A DNA stretch of 64,000 nucleotides from Prevotella sp. Its GTDB lineage: Bacteria; Bacteroidota; Bacteroidia; Bacteroidales; Bacteroidaceae. A program made the translations under genes and the position numbers. The notes under the pieces are model-generated. The model did not search any database and was not told the origin of the DNA. It was given only the letters and a program-made list of their open reading frames with translations. The stretch spans positions 20,597-84,596 of the forward strand of contig JAGCOB010000012.1 of NCBI GenBank assembly GCA_017645645.1. The letters run 5' to 3'. Positions 18,886 through 28,921 of this stretch are shown here, piece after piece; position 1 is the first letter of the stretch; each line of letters begins with the position of its first letter.

Positions 18886-21681
18886 ATGAGAAAAAAAGTA
18901 TTCTTCATGACATTAGCCCTTTTGTGTGCGGTCACACAAGAGGCATGGGCGCAAGCCGTAAATTACATCTACTACACGGTGGATAATGAGACTCAGGTAG
19001 CAACGAAACACACAGACGGCTTACAGGAAACGTACACCGTTCTTGATGCCAACAAGTATCAACTAGAGAGTGGTTGGTATGTGGTCAACAGCAGTTTTAC
19101 CTATAGCTACAAATTGCAGATCAATGCCAATGCCGACGTGAAAATAATCCTGTGCGACAATACTACGCTGACAGCTCCACGTGGTATCAGAGTGAACACC
19201 TCTGCCACGCTCACTATCTATGCACAGAGTGAGGGCAGCATCATGGGCAAACTGATTGCCAGAAATGATGGAATCCAAGATTGGGCTGCCATCGGTGGAG
19301 AAAAAAATGACCAAGCAGGCATTATCAGGATTCATGGCGGACACATCGAAGCTAAGTCCACCAACAAGAATGGTGCCGGCATCGGCGGCGGTGGTGATGG
19401 TGAGAATGGCGGCATGAAGGAGATCACCATCTATAACGGCAAGATAACGGCCGAGGGCGCTGACAACGGTGCTGGCATCGGTGCTGCCAAGAACAACAAG
19501 AAGGGCACTATCAACATCTACGGTGGTGAGATTACCGCCAAGGGCGGCAAGTATGGTGCCGGCATCGGTGGAGCCCAGAACCGTGGCGGATGGGACACTA
19601 ACATCTGCGGCGGTACCATCACGGCAACGGGTGGCGACTTTGCTGCTGGTATCGGTGGCGGCTATGACGGCGATGGCGGCAACCTTACCTTCCGCGGTGG
19701 CACCGTCACCGCTACCGGTGGCGAGTCAGCTGCTGGCATCGGTGGTGGAAACAGAAGAAGCGGTGGCAACATCAACATCTATGATGGTACCGTCATTGCA
19801 AACGGTGGCTATGATGGAGCCGGCATTGGCGGCGGTGCTGCATACGAAGGCGCTTTCTACCACGTTTCGGGAGGTGCTGGCGGCAACATCACCATCTACG
19901 GTGGCACGGTAAGAGCCCATGGCGGAGTGGACGGTGCCTGCATAGGTGGAGGTTATGTAGGTAAAAGCGGTACTATCACCATCAAGGGCGGCAGCGTGAC
20001 TGCTACCTTTGTGCGCGAAGGCGAAACCGAACCTTGTCGCGGCGAAGGTGCTGCCATTGGCGGTGGTCGCCAAGGCATCGTCGAGACTATCACCATTGAA
20101 GGTGGCAATGTAAATGCCACCAACACCTACGATGTTAGCAGAAGCAATTTTTGGCAAGGAGCAGCCATTGGAGCCGGTGGGTTCAGTGGTAACTATTTCT
20201 GCCAAACAAACGGCACCATTAACATCTCAGGCGGAAACATCGTAGCCGAGAGTATCGGAACGGGAGGTGTAGGTGGTTGTATCGGTGGTGGTGAAAAGAC
20301 AAAAGATGCCAAGGTCAACATCACCGGTGGTCATGTGACATTAAAAACGAGGAATATAGCTATCGGAGCCTACAACGACAAGGACGGAACGAAACTGACG
20401 TTGGGCAGCTATATGTGTGTAGAGAAATCTATAGACAACTACGTCAATGCCAGCCAGCGTGTGAGCACTTGTACGGCATTTGAGAAAACCGTCGATCTCC
20501 GAATTATACGCATTTTTCCATGTAGTCATAACGTAAGAACTTACACCGTGAGTAGCGACAGCCATACAGGTCACTGTAAGCACTGTGCTAAGGATTTCCT
20601 GCCAGAAAGCCACAACATCGAAACAGTGGGAGGCACCTGCGACAAATGCGGTTACGACAGTAATGAGAACATCGTGACGCTCGGGATTTTCACACCCGAT
20701 GGAAGCAACTGCTATCAAGGTGTTGGTTATCCTGTAGTAAAGGGTCAAAATTTCATTCTGCCAGACTGTGATACTAAGGTGTCTGGCATGACGTTCAAGG
20801 GCTGGCTCATTGGTGGGGACGTTCCCTCTAATATTGAGGCTGCTGACGGTGAGGATTTGAAAGCCCCTGGTTTCGAATATACCGCTACGACCAACATCAG
20901 TATCTACGCCCGATATAAGGCTTTACACATTACCCTGAACAACAATGACACGGAGGACAGCAACTGGACCGCTATCAACCAGTACGACGGTTTGACAGCC
21001 ACTGATGTCACTCTCAGCGGGCGCGCTTTCTACAAAAATGGCTCATGGAACACGCTGACATTGCCTTTCAATCACACCGTCAACGAAGGCTCTCCCCTCA
21101 GCGGTGCTACAGTCATGTTTCTGAATAATGCCAGTTTCGAGCGTTCGACGGGTACGCTGACACTCGACTTCAAGACTGCTGGTAGTGAGATACAGGCAGG
21201 TCGCCCGTATATTATCAAATGGGAGAACGACACTGAGCATCCTACCATCGACAGCCCCGTATTCAACAATGTGGAGATCAGCAACGTGACAAGATATTCG
21301 GAGTTCGACTGTCTCACCTTCGCTGGCAACTACGGTACCCTCGGTCTCGAAGCCGACAGCTACAACATCCTTTATCTCGGCAGCGGCAATAAACTCTACT
21401 ACCCCAACACCGCCATGACCATCGATGCTTTCCGTGCCTTCTTCCAACTCACGGGCATCGAGGATGGAGAAACGGCAGACGCTCGACACTTTGTGCTCAA
21501 CTTCGATGGGGAGACCACGGCGATTCCTGCTACGAAATTTGTCGAAGACTCACTGACGAAAGGAAGTTATATCACGGATAAGCAAGGTGTATGGTACGAT
21601 ATGCAAGGTCGTAAAATCTCAGGCAAGCCCTTGCTGCGTGGTCTATATATTAATAATGGTGTAAAGGTAGTCATTAAATAA
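18886..21681 (+). CDS. Large secreted surface protein with Gly-rich (GAGIGGG) solenoid repeats and a Prevotella-type T9SS C-terminal signal
   Basis: Signal peptide (AWA-Q); about 11 repeats of ITIxGGTVTAxGG..GAGIGGG; Cys/His cluster; FKGW motif; WNTLTLPF...AGRPYIIKW...FRAFF domain; ends WYDMQGRKISGKP...GLYINNGVKVVIK. Confidence 0.85.
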   Translation: MRKKVFFMTLALLCAVTQEAWAQAVNYIYYTVDNETQVATKHTDGLQETYTVLDANKYQLESGWYVVNSSFTYSYKLQINANADVKIILCDNTTLTAPRGIRVNTSATLTIYAQSEGSIMGKLIARNDGIQDWAAIGGEKNDQAGIIRIHGGHIEAKSTNKNGAGIGGGGDGENGGMKEITIYNGKITAEGADNGAGIGAAKNNKKGTINIYGGEITAKGGKYGAGIGGAQNRGGWDTNICGGTITATGGDFAAGIGGGYDGDGGNLTFRGGTVTATGGESAAGIGGGNRRSGGNINIYDGTVIANGGYDGAGIGGGAAYEGAFYHVSGGAGGNITIYGGTVRAHGGVDGACIGGGYVGKSGTITIKGGSVTATFVREGETEPCRGEGAAIGGGRQGIVETITIEGGNVNATNTYDVSRSNFWQGAAIGAGGFSGNYFCQTNGTINISGGNIVAESIGTGGVGGCIGGGEKTKDAKVNITGGHVTLKTRNIAIGAYNDKDGTKLTLGSYMCVEKSIDNYVNASQRVSTCTAFEKTVDLRIIRIFPCSHNVRTYTVSSDSHTGHCKHCAKDFLPESHNIETVGGTCDKCGYDSNENIVTLGIFTPDGSNCYQGVGYPVVKGQNFILPDCDTKVSGMTFKGWLIGGDVPSNIEAADGEDLKAPGFEYTATTNISIYARYKALHITLNNNDTEDSNWTAINQYDGLTATDVTLSGRAFYKNGSWNTLTLPFNHTVNEGSPLSGATVMFLNNASFERSTGTLTLDFKTAGSEIQAGRPYIIKWENDTEHPTIDSPVFNNVEISNVTRYSEFDCLTFAGNYGTLGLEADSYNILYLGSGNKLYYPNTAMTIDAFRAFFQLTGIEDGETADARHFVLNFDGETTAIPATKFVEDSLTKGSYITDKQGVWYDMQGRKISGKPLLRGLYINNGVKVVIK

Positions 21682-21692
21682 CATTTTAAAAC

Positions 21693-24197
21693 ATGAAAAA
21701 ACATTTCTTATGGGTGCTTACCGCTATCCTGACATTTTGCGGTACGATGATGAATACATCGTGTTCAGATACTAATAACAGCTCCAGCAACCCGCTTGAA
21801 CAGCAGGTGAAAGGACTATGGTGGGCATTGTCCGACAGTGAAGGCACTTACAGCGGCAGTGACCACACTGTGGACTACACCCGCATGGGACTGGCTCTTA
21901 ACTTTAACGAGGATGGCACGGGCTATGCCATAGCCTTCCTTTTTAACTCAGACGATAGTGACCCCGAAACGATCATTGGTGGCGAGACTGCTGGTCCTTT
22001 CACCTATTCCAGCCGTGCCGACGGTTCATTGTACCTCGACTTTGGCAAGACTATATCTGAAGAGTATGCCAACTATTTCGAGAACTGGGCAATGACCTAC
22101 CAGAGTGGGGTCATTATCAGTTCCGATGGAAAGCTGACGCTCAATCTTGAGCCTGCTTCCGATGCTATGGCCGCCAAGATACAGGAGTGGGACTACAATG
22201 CCCATTCTGGTGCCTCAGCCGCTTATTTCAACATTAACGACGAGGACTTTACTCCCGAGAACTGGCGCGACCAGGAGGCCATCTACATCTACGACGGACA
22301 TGGTACTGATGTCACCGACTCCAAAGGACGTACTGGCTACACATTGGTTAACCTGCCGTGGTATGAGGGTGATAAACTGGTGAACATGTCGCCCACCTTC
22401 TGTGACGACCTGCTGCCTGAAAACGGATGGGAGTGGGTGTTCAACCGCTGTGGCTCTCGCAACATTGTGAACAACAATTTCTTTGCAGTCTATAACAAGT
22501 ACACCGGCATTCTGCGCTTCTTCTACTACCAGCCAGCAGGCTTCTCAGCGGGCAACGACCATGTGTGGGAAGTGACGATGAGTGATAATCTTGCTAACCA
22601 TTCCTCTTTCTGCTATGGTATTCCCAAAGATGCAACCATTAAAAACAAGGCGGCGATTGCACAGAACCACGACGGCATAGCAATGTGCATTGCCCCCTGG
22701 GTGTCAACGATGAGCCAGGACGGCCTAATCACCCCTAACGCCGGCTGGTGGGCTTTCGACGTGGATCTCTCAGGATGTCGTTCAGAAGGCTTGAACACAG
22801 CTGATTATATCAGGTTGCAGATGCGCTCGTGGGATGCCATGCACACTTCTCTCGGCAGTGCAATGATTGCTGCCATCGATGGTTCTTTGGCTGCCGACCT
22901 GAAGTTGAAGGAAACAACAAGCACCGTCAACTCCATGACGGGATTTGCTGCTGACCTGAAGACGATGGCCGGCATGGGTGTTGACGTATATAAGGCTATC
23001 AGTTCTTTCAATGAGGGTAAAAAGGAGGATTCCTTTAAAAGTCTCATAGCCTTTGCCAAGGGATATTGTAATCTTGCAGGCATCGACTTGAAGGAGGAAA
23101 AGACGAATAAGGGACTGGAAGGAAAAATAGGTGGAACGATTAACCTTGCTATGAACGGTCACTTAAGCACCACCGGCATCATCGAAGGCTCTAAGCCCGT
23201 TGTCGGTGTCGTGTCTCCAACGTTCTATATGAAAGACTTCGACACAAAGAACTCACATTTGGGCCAGGGCACATGGACTCTCAAGACCTCGCCCATGGTT
23301 TATGTGTTCGATTGGATTCTGGCCACCAACTGGGGATGGAGCGAGTCGACTCCACACGGATTCTGGGGAGAAAGTTCCTGGACTTCATATAACGACTACT
23401 ACACTAAGACTACTGAGAAAGTGTCTCCGAGATATGGCACCTTCTGGGTGTTTGACCCCACATCAGTTGAAGTGGAACTCAATCCCGAGATATTCCCACA
23501 AGACCAGATAGAGTGGATGCAGGTGGACGCACTGCCTGGCGCACGTATTGCCAACAAAGTGACGGGCACCGATGACTATCGTGCAGCCCTGGGTCTGCAG
23601 CCACGATTCAGTTCCAAGCATTTATTTTCTGAGGATTACATCAACGGATATGTCGATGAATGGGGAAAACCGAGTTACAGCTCATGGCTATTTAACTTCA
23701 ACGTCGACGGCGAGAATCTGAGGGATGACTTGACTGACTATTTTTATGGGGAAACAAACACTCATGGAACGACATTCGATGTCATCAGCCCTTATGAGAA
23801 AGTTGACAGCACCAATCAGGCCATCTATGGTCGTGGTGTTAAAGATATCTATATCCTTGAACCTCAACTGGCCACCCCCATTTGGTATCAAAGTAAGATA
23901 TTGCCTCCCATTGAGATCAGTGTGACACTCACCATCAAGATGCGCAATATGGACAAGCCTATTGTGTACAACCGCCTGTATCTGCCAGAATTCTCAAACA
24001 CTGGTGTTCCGCGATATAATTACAGACAATGGTCGTATGAAGACACGAAAAACACATACAACGAATACCGAAAGTTCTGTGACAGAATCAGCAAGCATCT
24101 TATCAGTCCGCTTCAAAAGGACCATCACCAGGTATATGACTATAATGTAAAGCGTGTCAATAAAAAAGTTTTAGGACTAATTCCTGTTGAGCGATGA
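21693..24197 (+). CDS. Uncharacterised lipoprotein (834 aa)
   Basis: Lipoprotein-type signal ending MNTSC; long ORF tightly coupled to neighbours; LPW...GWEWVF...YNKYTGILRFFYY block. Confidence 0.8.
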   Translation: MKKHFLWVLTAILTFCGTMMNTSCSDTNNSSSNPLEQQVKGLWWALSDSEGTYSGSDHTVDYTRMGLALNFNEDGTGYAIAFLFNSDDSDPETIIGGETAGPFTYSSRADGSLYLDFGKTISEEYANYFENWAMTYQSGVIISSDGKLTLNLEPASDAMAAKIQEWDYNAHSGASAAYFNINDEDFTPENWRDQEAIYIYDGHGTDVTDSKGRTGYTLVNLPWYEGDKLVNMSPTFCDDLLPENGWEWVFNRCGSRNIVNNNFFAVYNKYTGILRFFYYQPAGFSAGNDHVWEVTMSDNLANHSSFCYGIPKDATIKNKAAIAQNHDGIAMCIAPWVSTMSQDGLITPNAGWWAFDVDLSGCRSEGLNTADYIRLQMRSWDAMHTSLGSAMIAAIDGSLAADLKLKETTSTVNSMTGFAADLKTMAGMGVDVYKAISSFNEGKKEDSFKSLIAFAKGYCNLAGIDLKEEKTNKGLEGKIGGTINLAMNGHLSTTGIIEGSKPVVGVVSPTFYMKDFDTKNSHLGQGTWTLKTSPMVYVFDWILATNWGWSESTPHGFWGESSWTSYNDYYTKTTEKVSPRYGTFWVFDPTSVEVELNPEIFPQDQIEWMQVDALPGARIANKVTGTDDYRAALGLQPRFSSKHLFSEDYINGYVDEWGKPSYSSWLFNFNVDGENLRDDLTDYFYGETNTHGTTFDVISPYEKVDSTNQAIYGRGVKDIYILEPQLATPIWYQSKILPPIEISVTLTIKMRNMDKPIVYNRLYLPEFSNTGVPRYNYRQWSYEDTKNTYNEYRKFCDRISKHLISPLQKDHHQVYDYNVKRVNKKVLGLIPVER

Positions 24198-25522
24198 AAA
24201 AGAAAACAATCCTAATGGTCCTTGCCCTCCTGTGCAGTTTCGTACAGGGGGCATGGGGCTATACTGTCACCATCTATGAGGCAGCGGCAAGTGGATTGGA
24301 ATATGGTGAACCTAAGAACTCTGGTGGCATTGATGGCGTAGGGTTTCTGCTGGGAAGCCCTGATACTCCCGCATACATGAAGTTCAAAGGCTGGTTGGTG
24401 AATCCAAGCACGCCTCCTACTTCATGGGAATATGTAGACGATGAGGATCTGAAAAGTGGAGGTACGATTATCATGCCCGATGGTGATGTCACGGTCTATG
24501 CTCGCTACGAATATGTCTATGGCACGGCGTGGACATGGGCCAGCGACTACCGTTCTGCCACAGTGAAGATAACTAGTCTGGAGTATCCAGACGACATTGG
24601 CGTTGATATCAACGCAAGTAGTATTACCTCAGAAATTACGGTAGAACCTTCATACGATGAGCCTGGTCAAGTCACTTATACGGCCACGGTGACAATGATG
24701 CGCACAGGTGACAACAAAGTGTTCACCTTTACCGATTCAAAAACTTTATGGCTCGTTTTCCTTGGTGAGGGAAACAATACTACCATGCTCGGCAAGAGCA
24801 ATGGTAAGGAGGCTACCGTCCACCTTACCAATCGCACCCTCTATAAGAATGGCAATTGGAACACGCTCTGCCTGCCCTTCGATCTCGCACTTGAGGGTTC
24901 TCCTCTCAATAACGCCAGCCTGAAAGAATTTTCCTCAGCCTCATTTGCCAACGGCACAATGACGCTCAATTTTACCGATGCCTCAAGCATCGAGGCAGGC
25001 AAGCCCTACCTCATCAAGTGGGACAAACCTAATGATTATGATGGTCATGAGAGCGACTACGATCTCGACCCCTCTAAACTCGTCTTTCGCGGTGTCACTG
25101 TCAACAGCACGGTCAACGATACGCAGTGCTCCATCAATGACGGACAGTCCGTCACCTTCATGGGCACCTATACTCCAAAGAGCATTGCCGCCAGTGGCGA
25201 CCCCTCTTTGCTTTATCTCGGAGCCGGCAACACGCTCTATTATCCCAATGCCGCCATGACCATCGCCAGCCAGCGTGCCTACTTCCAACTCACAGGCATC
25301 TCAGCGGGCAACTTGCCCTCTCTGGCTCGTACCTTTGTGCTTGACTTCGGTGACAGTGAGAACACTACGGGAATCGTGAATGTGGAAGCAAACACTACAC
25401 TCTACACGCATCACTCTTCACTTAAAGACAGTTGGTATGATCTCCAGGGACGTTGTCTCAAAGGTAAACCCACGGCTAAAGGACTATATATTAATAATGG
25501 TGTAAAGGTAATCATAAAATAA
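24194..25522 (+). CDS. Secreted surface protein paralogous to the C-terminal half of 18886-21681
   Basis: Signal peptide (AWG); FKGWL, WNTLCLPF, AGKPYLIKW, LYLGAGNTLYYP; ends WYDLQGR...GLYINNGVKVIIK; ATGA overlap with the upstream gene. Confidence 0.85.
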   Translation: MKKKTILMVLALLCSFVQGAWGYTVTIYEAAASGLEYGEPKNSGGIDGVGFLLGSPDTPAYMKFKGWLVNPSTPPTSWEYVDDEDLKSGGTIIMPDGDVTVYARYEYVYGTAWTWASDYRSATVKITSLEYPDDIGVDINASSITSEITVEPSYDEPGQVTYTATVTMMRTGDNKVFTFTDSKTLWLVFLGEGNNTTMLGKSNGKEATVHLTNRTLYKNGNWNTLCLPFDLALEGSPLNNASLKEFSSASFANGTMTLNFTDASSIEAGKPYLIKWDKPNDYDGHESDYDLDPSKLVFRGVTVNSTVNDTQCSINDGQSVTFMGTYTPKSIAASGDPSLLYLGAGNTLYYPNAAMTIASQRAYFQLTGISAGNLPSLARTFVLDFGDSENTTGIVNVEANTTLYTHHSSLKDSWYDLQGRCLKGKPTAKGLYINNGVKVIIK

Positions 25523-25526
25523 GATA

Positions 25527-25736
25527 ATGAACAAGAAAGTAAACGATTTTGATCGCTTGCATATGCAAGATTATCGGAAACCCGTAATGTGGGTGGTAAT
25601 GCTCCAGAATCAGGCATGCCTGTTGACAGGCAGTGGTGATATAACTAATATTAATGGAGGAGACACTGGTATCGGCTATGGAGGTGGTGGTAGTCTCCCT
25701 GCCCTCTCTCCCTTTTTTGATGACTGGGACGAGTAA
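25527..25736 (+). CDS. Small YxxP-motif peptide (69 aa)
   Basis: Starts 4 bp after the upstream stop; DYRKPVMWVVMLQNQACLLTGS then a Gly-rich core and acidic tail FFDDWDE. Confidence 0.7.
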   Translation: MNKKVNDFDRLHMQDYRKPVMWVVMLQNQACLLTGSGDITNINGGDTGIGYGGGGSLPALSPFFDDWDE

Positions 25737-25894
25737 GACTAATTATACAATAACTCTCTCTGTTCCTTTGGGGGTAGCTATCCACGAAGGGATACCACCT
25801 AGAAGAAAGGAAAGTACCTCTCCGCATAAGATGTCACCCAGCATTGAGTCATAAAACGGCAGGTGGCTTAAGGTTCTATCTTTGCATACAAATT

Positions 25895-27112
25895 ATGAAA
25901 AGACTTAAGATTTTACTCCTATTATGGGTAGCTTCCGTCAGTGTGATGGCACAGACGGAGGAACTGGATACGTTTAGTATAGATAGTGTGGACGTGGCAC
26001 TGCCATGGCCCCAGAACGTACAGTACAGACTCGACTCGCTGATGCAGTCGCCGTTGTTCGAGACCTCGATGGTCGGTATGGTTATCTACGACCTGACGGC
26101 GGACTCTGTATTATATAAGGTGAATGAGCGACAGGCGATGCGCCCTGCCTCTACGATGAAACTCGTCACTGCCATCACGGCACTCGACCGTCTGGGCGGC
26201 TCCCACCAGTTCCGGACGCAACTCTACTATACTGGTAGCGTGGAGAACCATACCCTCTATGGTGACCTCTATTGTGTGGGTGGCTTTGATCCCGCTTTCA
26301 ATGTCGACGACATGAGAGCCTTTGTGGAGAGCGTGCAACGTATGGGGGTCGATACAATCCGTGGCAGGATTGTCGCCGACAAGTCGATGAAGGACGCAGA
26401 CCTGTTTGGTGAGGGATGGTGTTGGGATGACGACAACCCGAAACTGTCACCTCTCTCTCATGGACGTGACATCGAGTTCCTGGAGCGTTTCTCTGAGAAA
26501 CTCTCTGAGGCAGGTGTCGTCCTCAACCAGATCCGTTTCGCTGAAAGTAACCTGCCCAATGAAGCGTTTCTCCTTTGCAGTCGTTTTCATACCATGGACC
26601 AGATCTTGCAACGGATGATGAAAATGAGTGATAATTTCTATGCCGAGGCGATGTTCTATCAGTTGGGTGCGATAGGAGGGCGTCGTCCTGCTCGTGCAAA
26701 AGATGCCGCTCAAGTCGTGAAACAACTCATCCAGAAGGTGGGTAATGGGAAAAATCCCTACCGTGTCGCTGACGGCAGCGGTCTGTCGCTTTATAATTAT
26801 GTGACCCCGGAACTGGAGATGCGCCTGCTGCGTTATGCCTATCGTAACTCACAGATCTATCAGCACCTGCTGCCCTCCCTGCCCATAGCGGGGCGTGACG
26901 GTACCTTGAAGACTCGGATGAAAGGAACCTTCGCAGAGGAGAATGTGAAGGCGAAGACGGGTACGGTGACGGGTGTGTCGGCACTTGCTGGCTATTGCAT
27001 GTCGGCAAACGGTCACCAGTTGTGTTTCTCTATTATTAACCAAGGTATTATGAAGTCTGACTCTGGACGTGACTTCCAGAATCAGGTTTGTAATGCCCTC
27101 TGTGCTCCTTGA
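25895..27112 (+). CDS. dacB: D-alanyl-D-alanine carboxypeptidase/endopeptidase (PBP4, peptidase S13)
   Basis: PASTMKL (SxxK), SDN, DGSGLS, AKTGT; start moved to ATG 25895. Confidence 0.93.
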   Translation: MKRLKILLLLWVASVSVMAQTEELDTFSIDSVDVALPWPQNVQYRLDSLMQSPLFETSMVGMVIYDLTADSVLYKVNERQAMRPASTMKLVTAITALDRLGGSHQFRTQLYYTGSVENHTLYGDLYCVGGFDPAFNVDDMRAFVESVQRMGVDTIRGRIVADKSMKDADLFGEGWCWDDDNPKLSPLSHGRDIEFLERFSEKLSEAGVVLNQIRFAESNLPNEAFLLCSRFHTMDQILQRMMKMSDNFYAEAMFYQLGAIGGRRPARAKDAAQVVKQLIQKVGNGKNPYRVADGSGLSLYNYVTPELEMRLLRYAYRNSQIYQHLLPSLPIAGRDGTLKTRMKGTFAEENVKAKTGTVTGVSALAGYCMSANGHQLCFSIINQGIMKSDSGRDFQNQVCNALCAP

Positions 27113-27113
27113 G

Positions 27114-28223
27114 ATGATGAATGAGATAAAGCAAATCGTAGAGCTGTTGCTCATACAGACTGGACTCTCCTCGGAGTTGGTCTCTATGACTCGTCATGTC
27201 GTATTGGTGATAGGTGCCATCCTGTTGGCTTGGTTCGTGGGATGGTTGTTTAAACTGTTGATTCCATGGGTCATCAGACTGACACGGCGGACGGAGGCGA
27301 AGTGGGATGATGTGGTGTTTAATGAACGGGTGCTCCGCGCTGCCTGTCAGATCGTTCCAGCCATCATCATCTGGTGGTTGTTGCCTTCTGTCTTTGATGA
27401 GTATGCCACTACTCATGAGGTGCTGGCTCGTCTGACGGCTATCTATATCACGGTGATGAGTGTCCGGTTGGTGAGCAAGATGATAGACTCCCTGAAACTC
27501 CTGGACAGTGGGAAACGTACTGCCAAGCAACAGTATATGTACACTGTTTGTGGGGTACTTAAGATTATCATGTATTTCGTCGCCGCCATTGTCGTTATCG
27601 CCATCATCGTCGATAAAAACCCGTCAACCTTGCTGGCAGGACTGGGTGCTGCATCAGCCATCTTGATGTTGGCGTTCCAAGATACGATCAAAGGACTGGT
27701 GGCAGGTATCCGTCTTACCTCTAATGACATGGTTCGTGTCGGCGACCGCATCACCGTGCCCTCGGCGGGGGCTGACGGAATGGTTGAGGAGATCACACTC
27801 ACAACTGTCAAGGTACGCAACTTCGATAATACCATCATCACCGTCACTCCACAGACTCTGGTCGACGGGTCTTTCCAGAACTGGAAGGGAATGACGGAGA
27901 ATATGGGGCGCAGGGCTATCAGAAAGGTGTTTATCGATTTCCGCTCTCTGACACTCGACGAGGAGGGAATCCCTAATCTCACCCGCTATCGTGAACACAT
28001 GGAGCAGTGGCTCTCTCAACAGGAAATGGTTCTTGCGGATAAACCAATTCTGGTTCATCAGTTGGATGCTACGCCTACAGGCTTGCCTGTGGAGTTCGTG
28101 TTCTGGTTGAAGGAACAGAATGCCCTTCCTTACGAGCATGCTATCTCAGAGATTATGGAATATGCCTATGCGGAGGCAGCGGTCTTCGGACTCCGTATCT
28201 ATCAGCAGTTTCCTGAGCAATAA
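27114..28223 (+). CDS. Small-conductance mechanosensitive channel (MscS/YbdG-like)
   Basis: Several TM helices; LLAGLGAASAILMLAFQDTIKGLVAG, VRVGDRI, TTVKVRNFDNT, FQNWKGM. Confidence 0.92.
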   Translation: MMNEIKQIVELLLIQTGLSSELVSMTRHVVLVIGAILLAWFVGWLFKLLIPWVIRLTRRTEAKWDDVVFNERVLRAACQIVPAIIIWWLLPSVFDEYATTHEVLARLTAIYITVMSVRLVSKMIDSLKLLDSGKRTAKQQYMYTVCGVLKIIMYFVAAIVVIAIIVDKNPSTLLAGLGAASAILMLAFQDTIKGLVAGIRLTSNDMVRVGDRITVPSAGADGMVEEITLTTVKVRNFDNTIITVTPQTLVDGSFQNWKGMTENMGRRAIRKVFIDFRSLTLDEEGIPNLTRYREHMEQWLSQQEMVLADKPILVHQLDATPTGLPVEFVFWLKEQNALPYEHAISEIMEYAYAEAAVFGLRIYQQFPEQ

Positions 28224-28921
28224 CTCTCGAATGCCTCACGGTAGGCATCGGTGACACGGATAATCTCATCACCGATATAGACGCATAGGTTGCGGTCAAC
28301 CGTTCGTATCTTATCCAATCGGACGATATACGAACGGTTGATGCGCATAAAGGTATCGGTGGGCAGTGACTCCTCCACGGCTTTCATCGTCATATGGGTG
28401 GTCAAGGGATGTGGCTCCCCCTCCACATGGAAGCGCACATAGTCTTTCATCCCTTCCACATAAAGGATATGGTCAAAGTTCACCTGTCGCAGTTCTCCGT
28501 CCACACGGATGAACATCGTCTTCTTGGGTGAACCTTCCACACTCTCAACTTTCAACTCTAAGCTAATCAGTCGCTCTGCTTTCTCCACAGCAGCGATGAA
28601 CTTATTATAACGGATGGGTTTCAGGAGGAAGTCGACAGCGTTCACCTCATAACTCTCGAAGGCATATTCCTTAAAGGCTGTCGTGAAAATGATCTTGGTT
28701 CCTTCTGGCAACATGTGCGACAGTTCCATACCATTCAAGTCGGGCATCTGGATGTCCATGAAGGTGAGGTTGACAGGATGCTCTTTCAGCCAGGTCAGTG
28801 CCTCTACGGAATCGGTAAAGGAATGCTCCAACTGGAGTTGGGGTGTTCTTGTAACGAACGATTCCAACAACTTGACGGCAAGGGGCTCGTCATCGACGAT
28901 GATGCAGGTGATAGGACTCAT
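28202..28921 (-). CDS. LytTR-family response regulator
   Basis: IVDDEPLA, FMDIQMPD, DFLLKP receiver; EGMKDYV...FMRINRSYIV LytTR domain. Confidence 0.95.
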   Translation of the reverse strand: MSPITCIIVDDEPLAVKLLESFVTRTPQLQLEHSFTDSVEALTWLKEHPVNLTFMDIQMPDLNGMELSHMLPEGTKIIFTTAFKEYAFESYEVNAVDFLLKPIRYNKFIAAVEKAERLISLELKVESVEGSPKKTMFIRVDGELRQVNFDHILYVEGMKDYVRFHVEGEPHPLTTHMTMKAVEESLPTDTFMRINRSYIVRLDKIRTVDRNLCVYIGDEIIRVTDAYREAFESYCSGNC

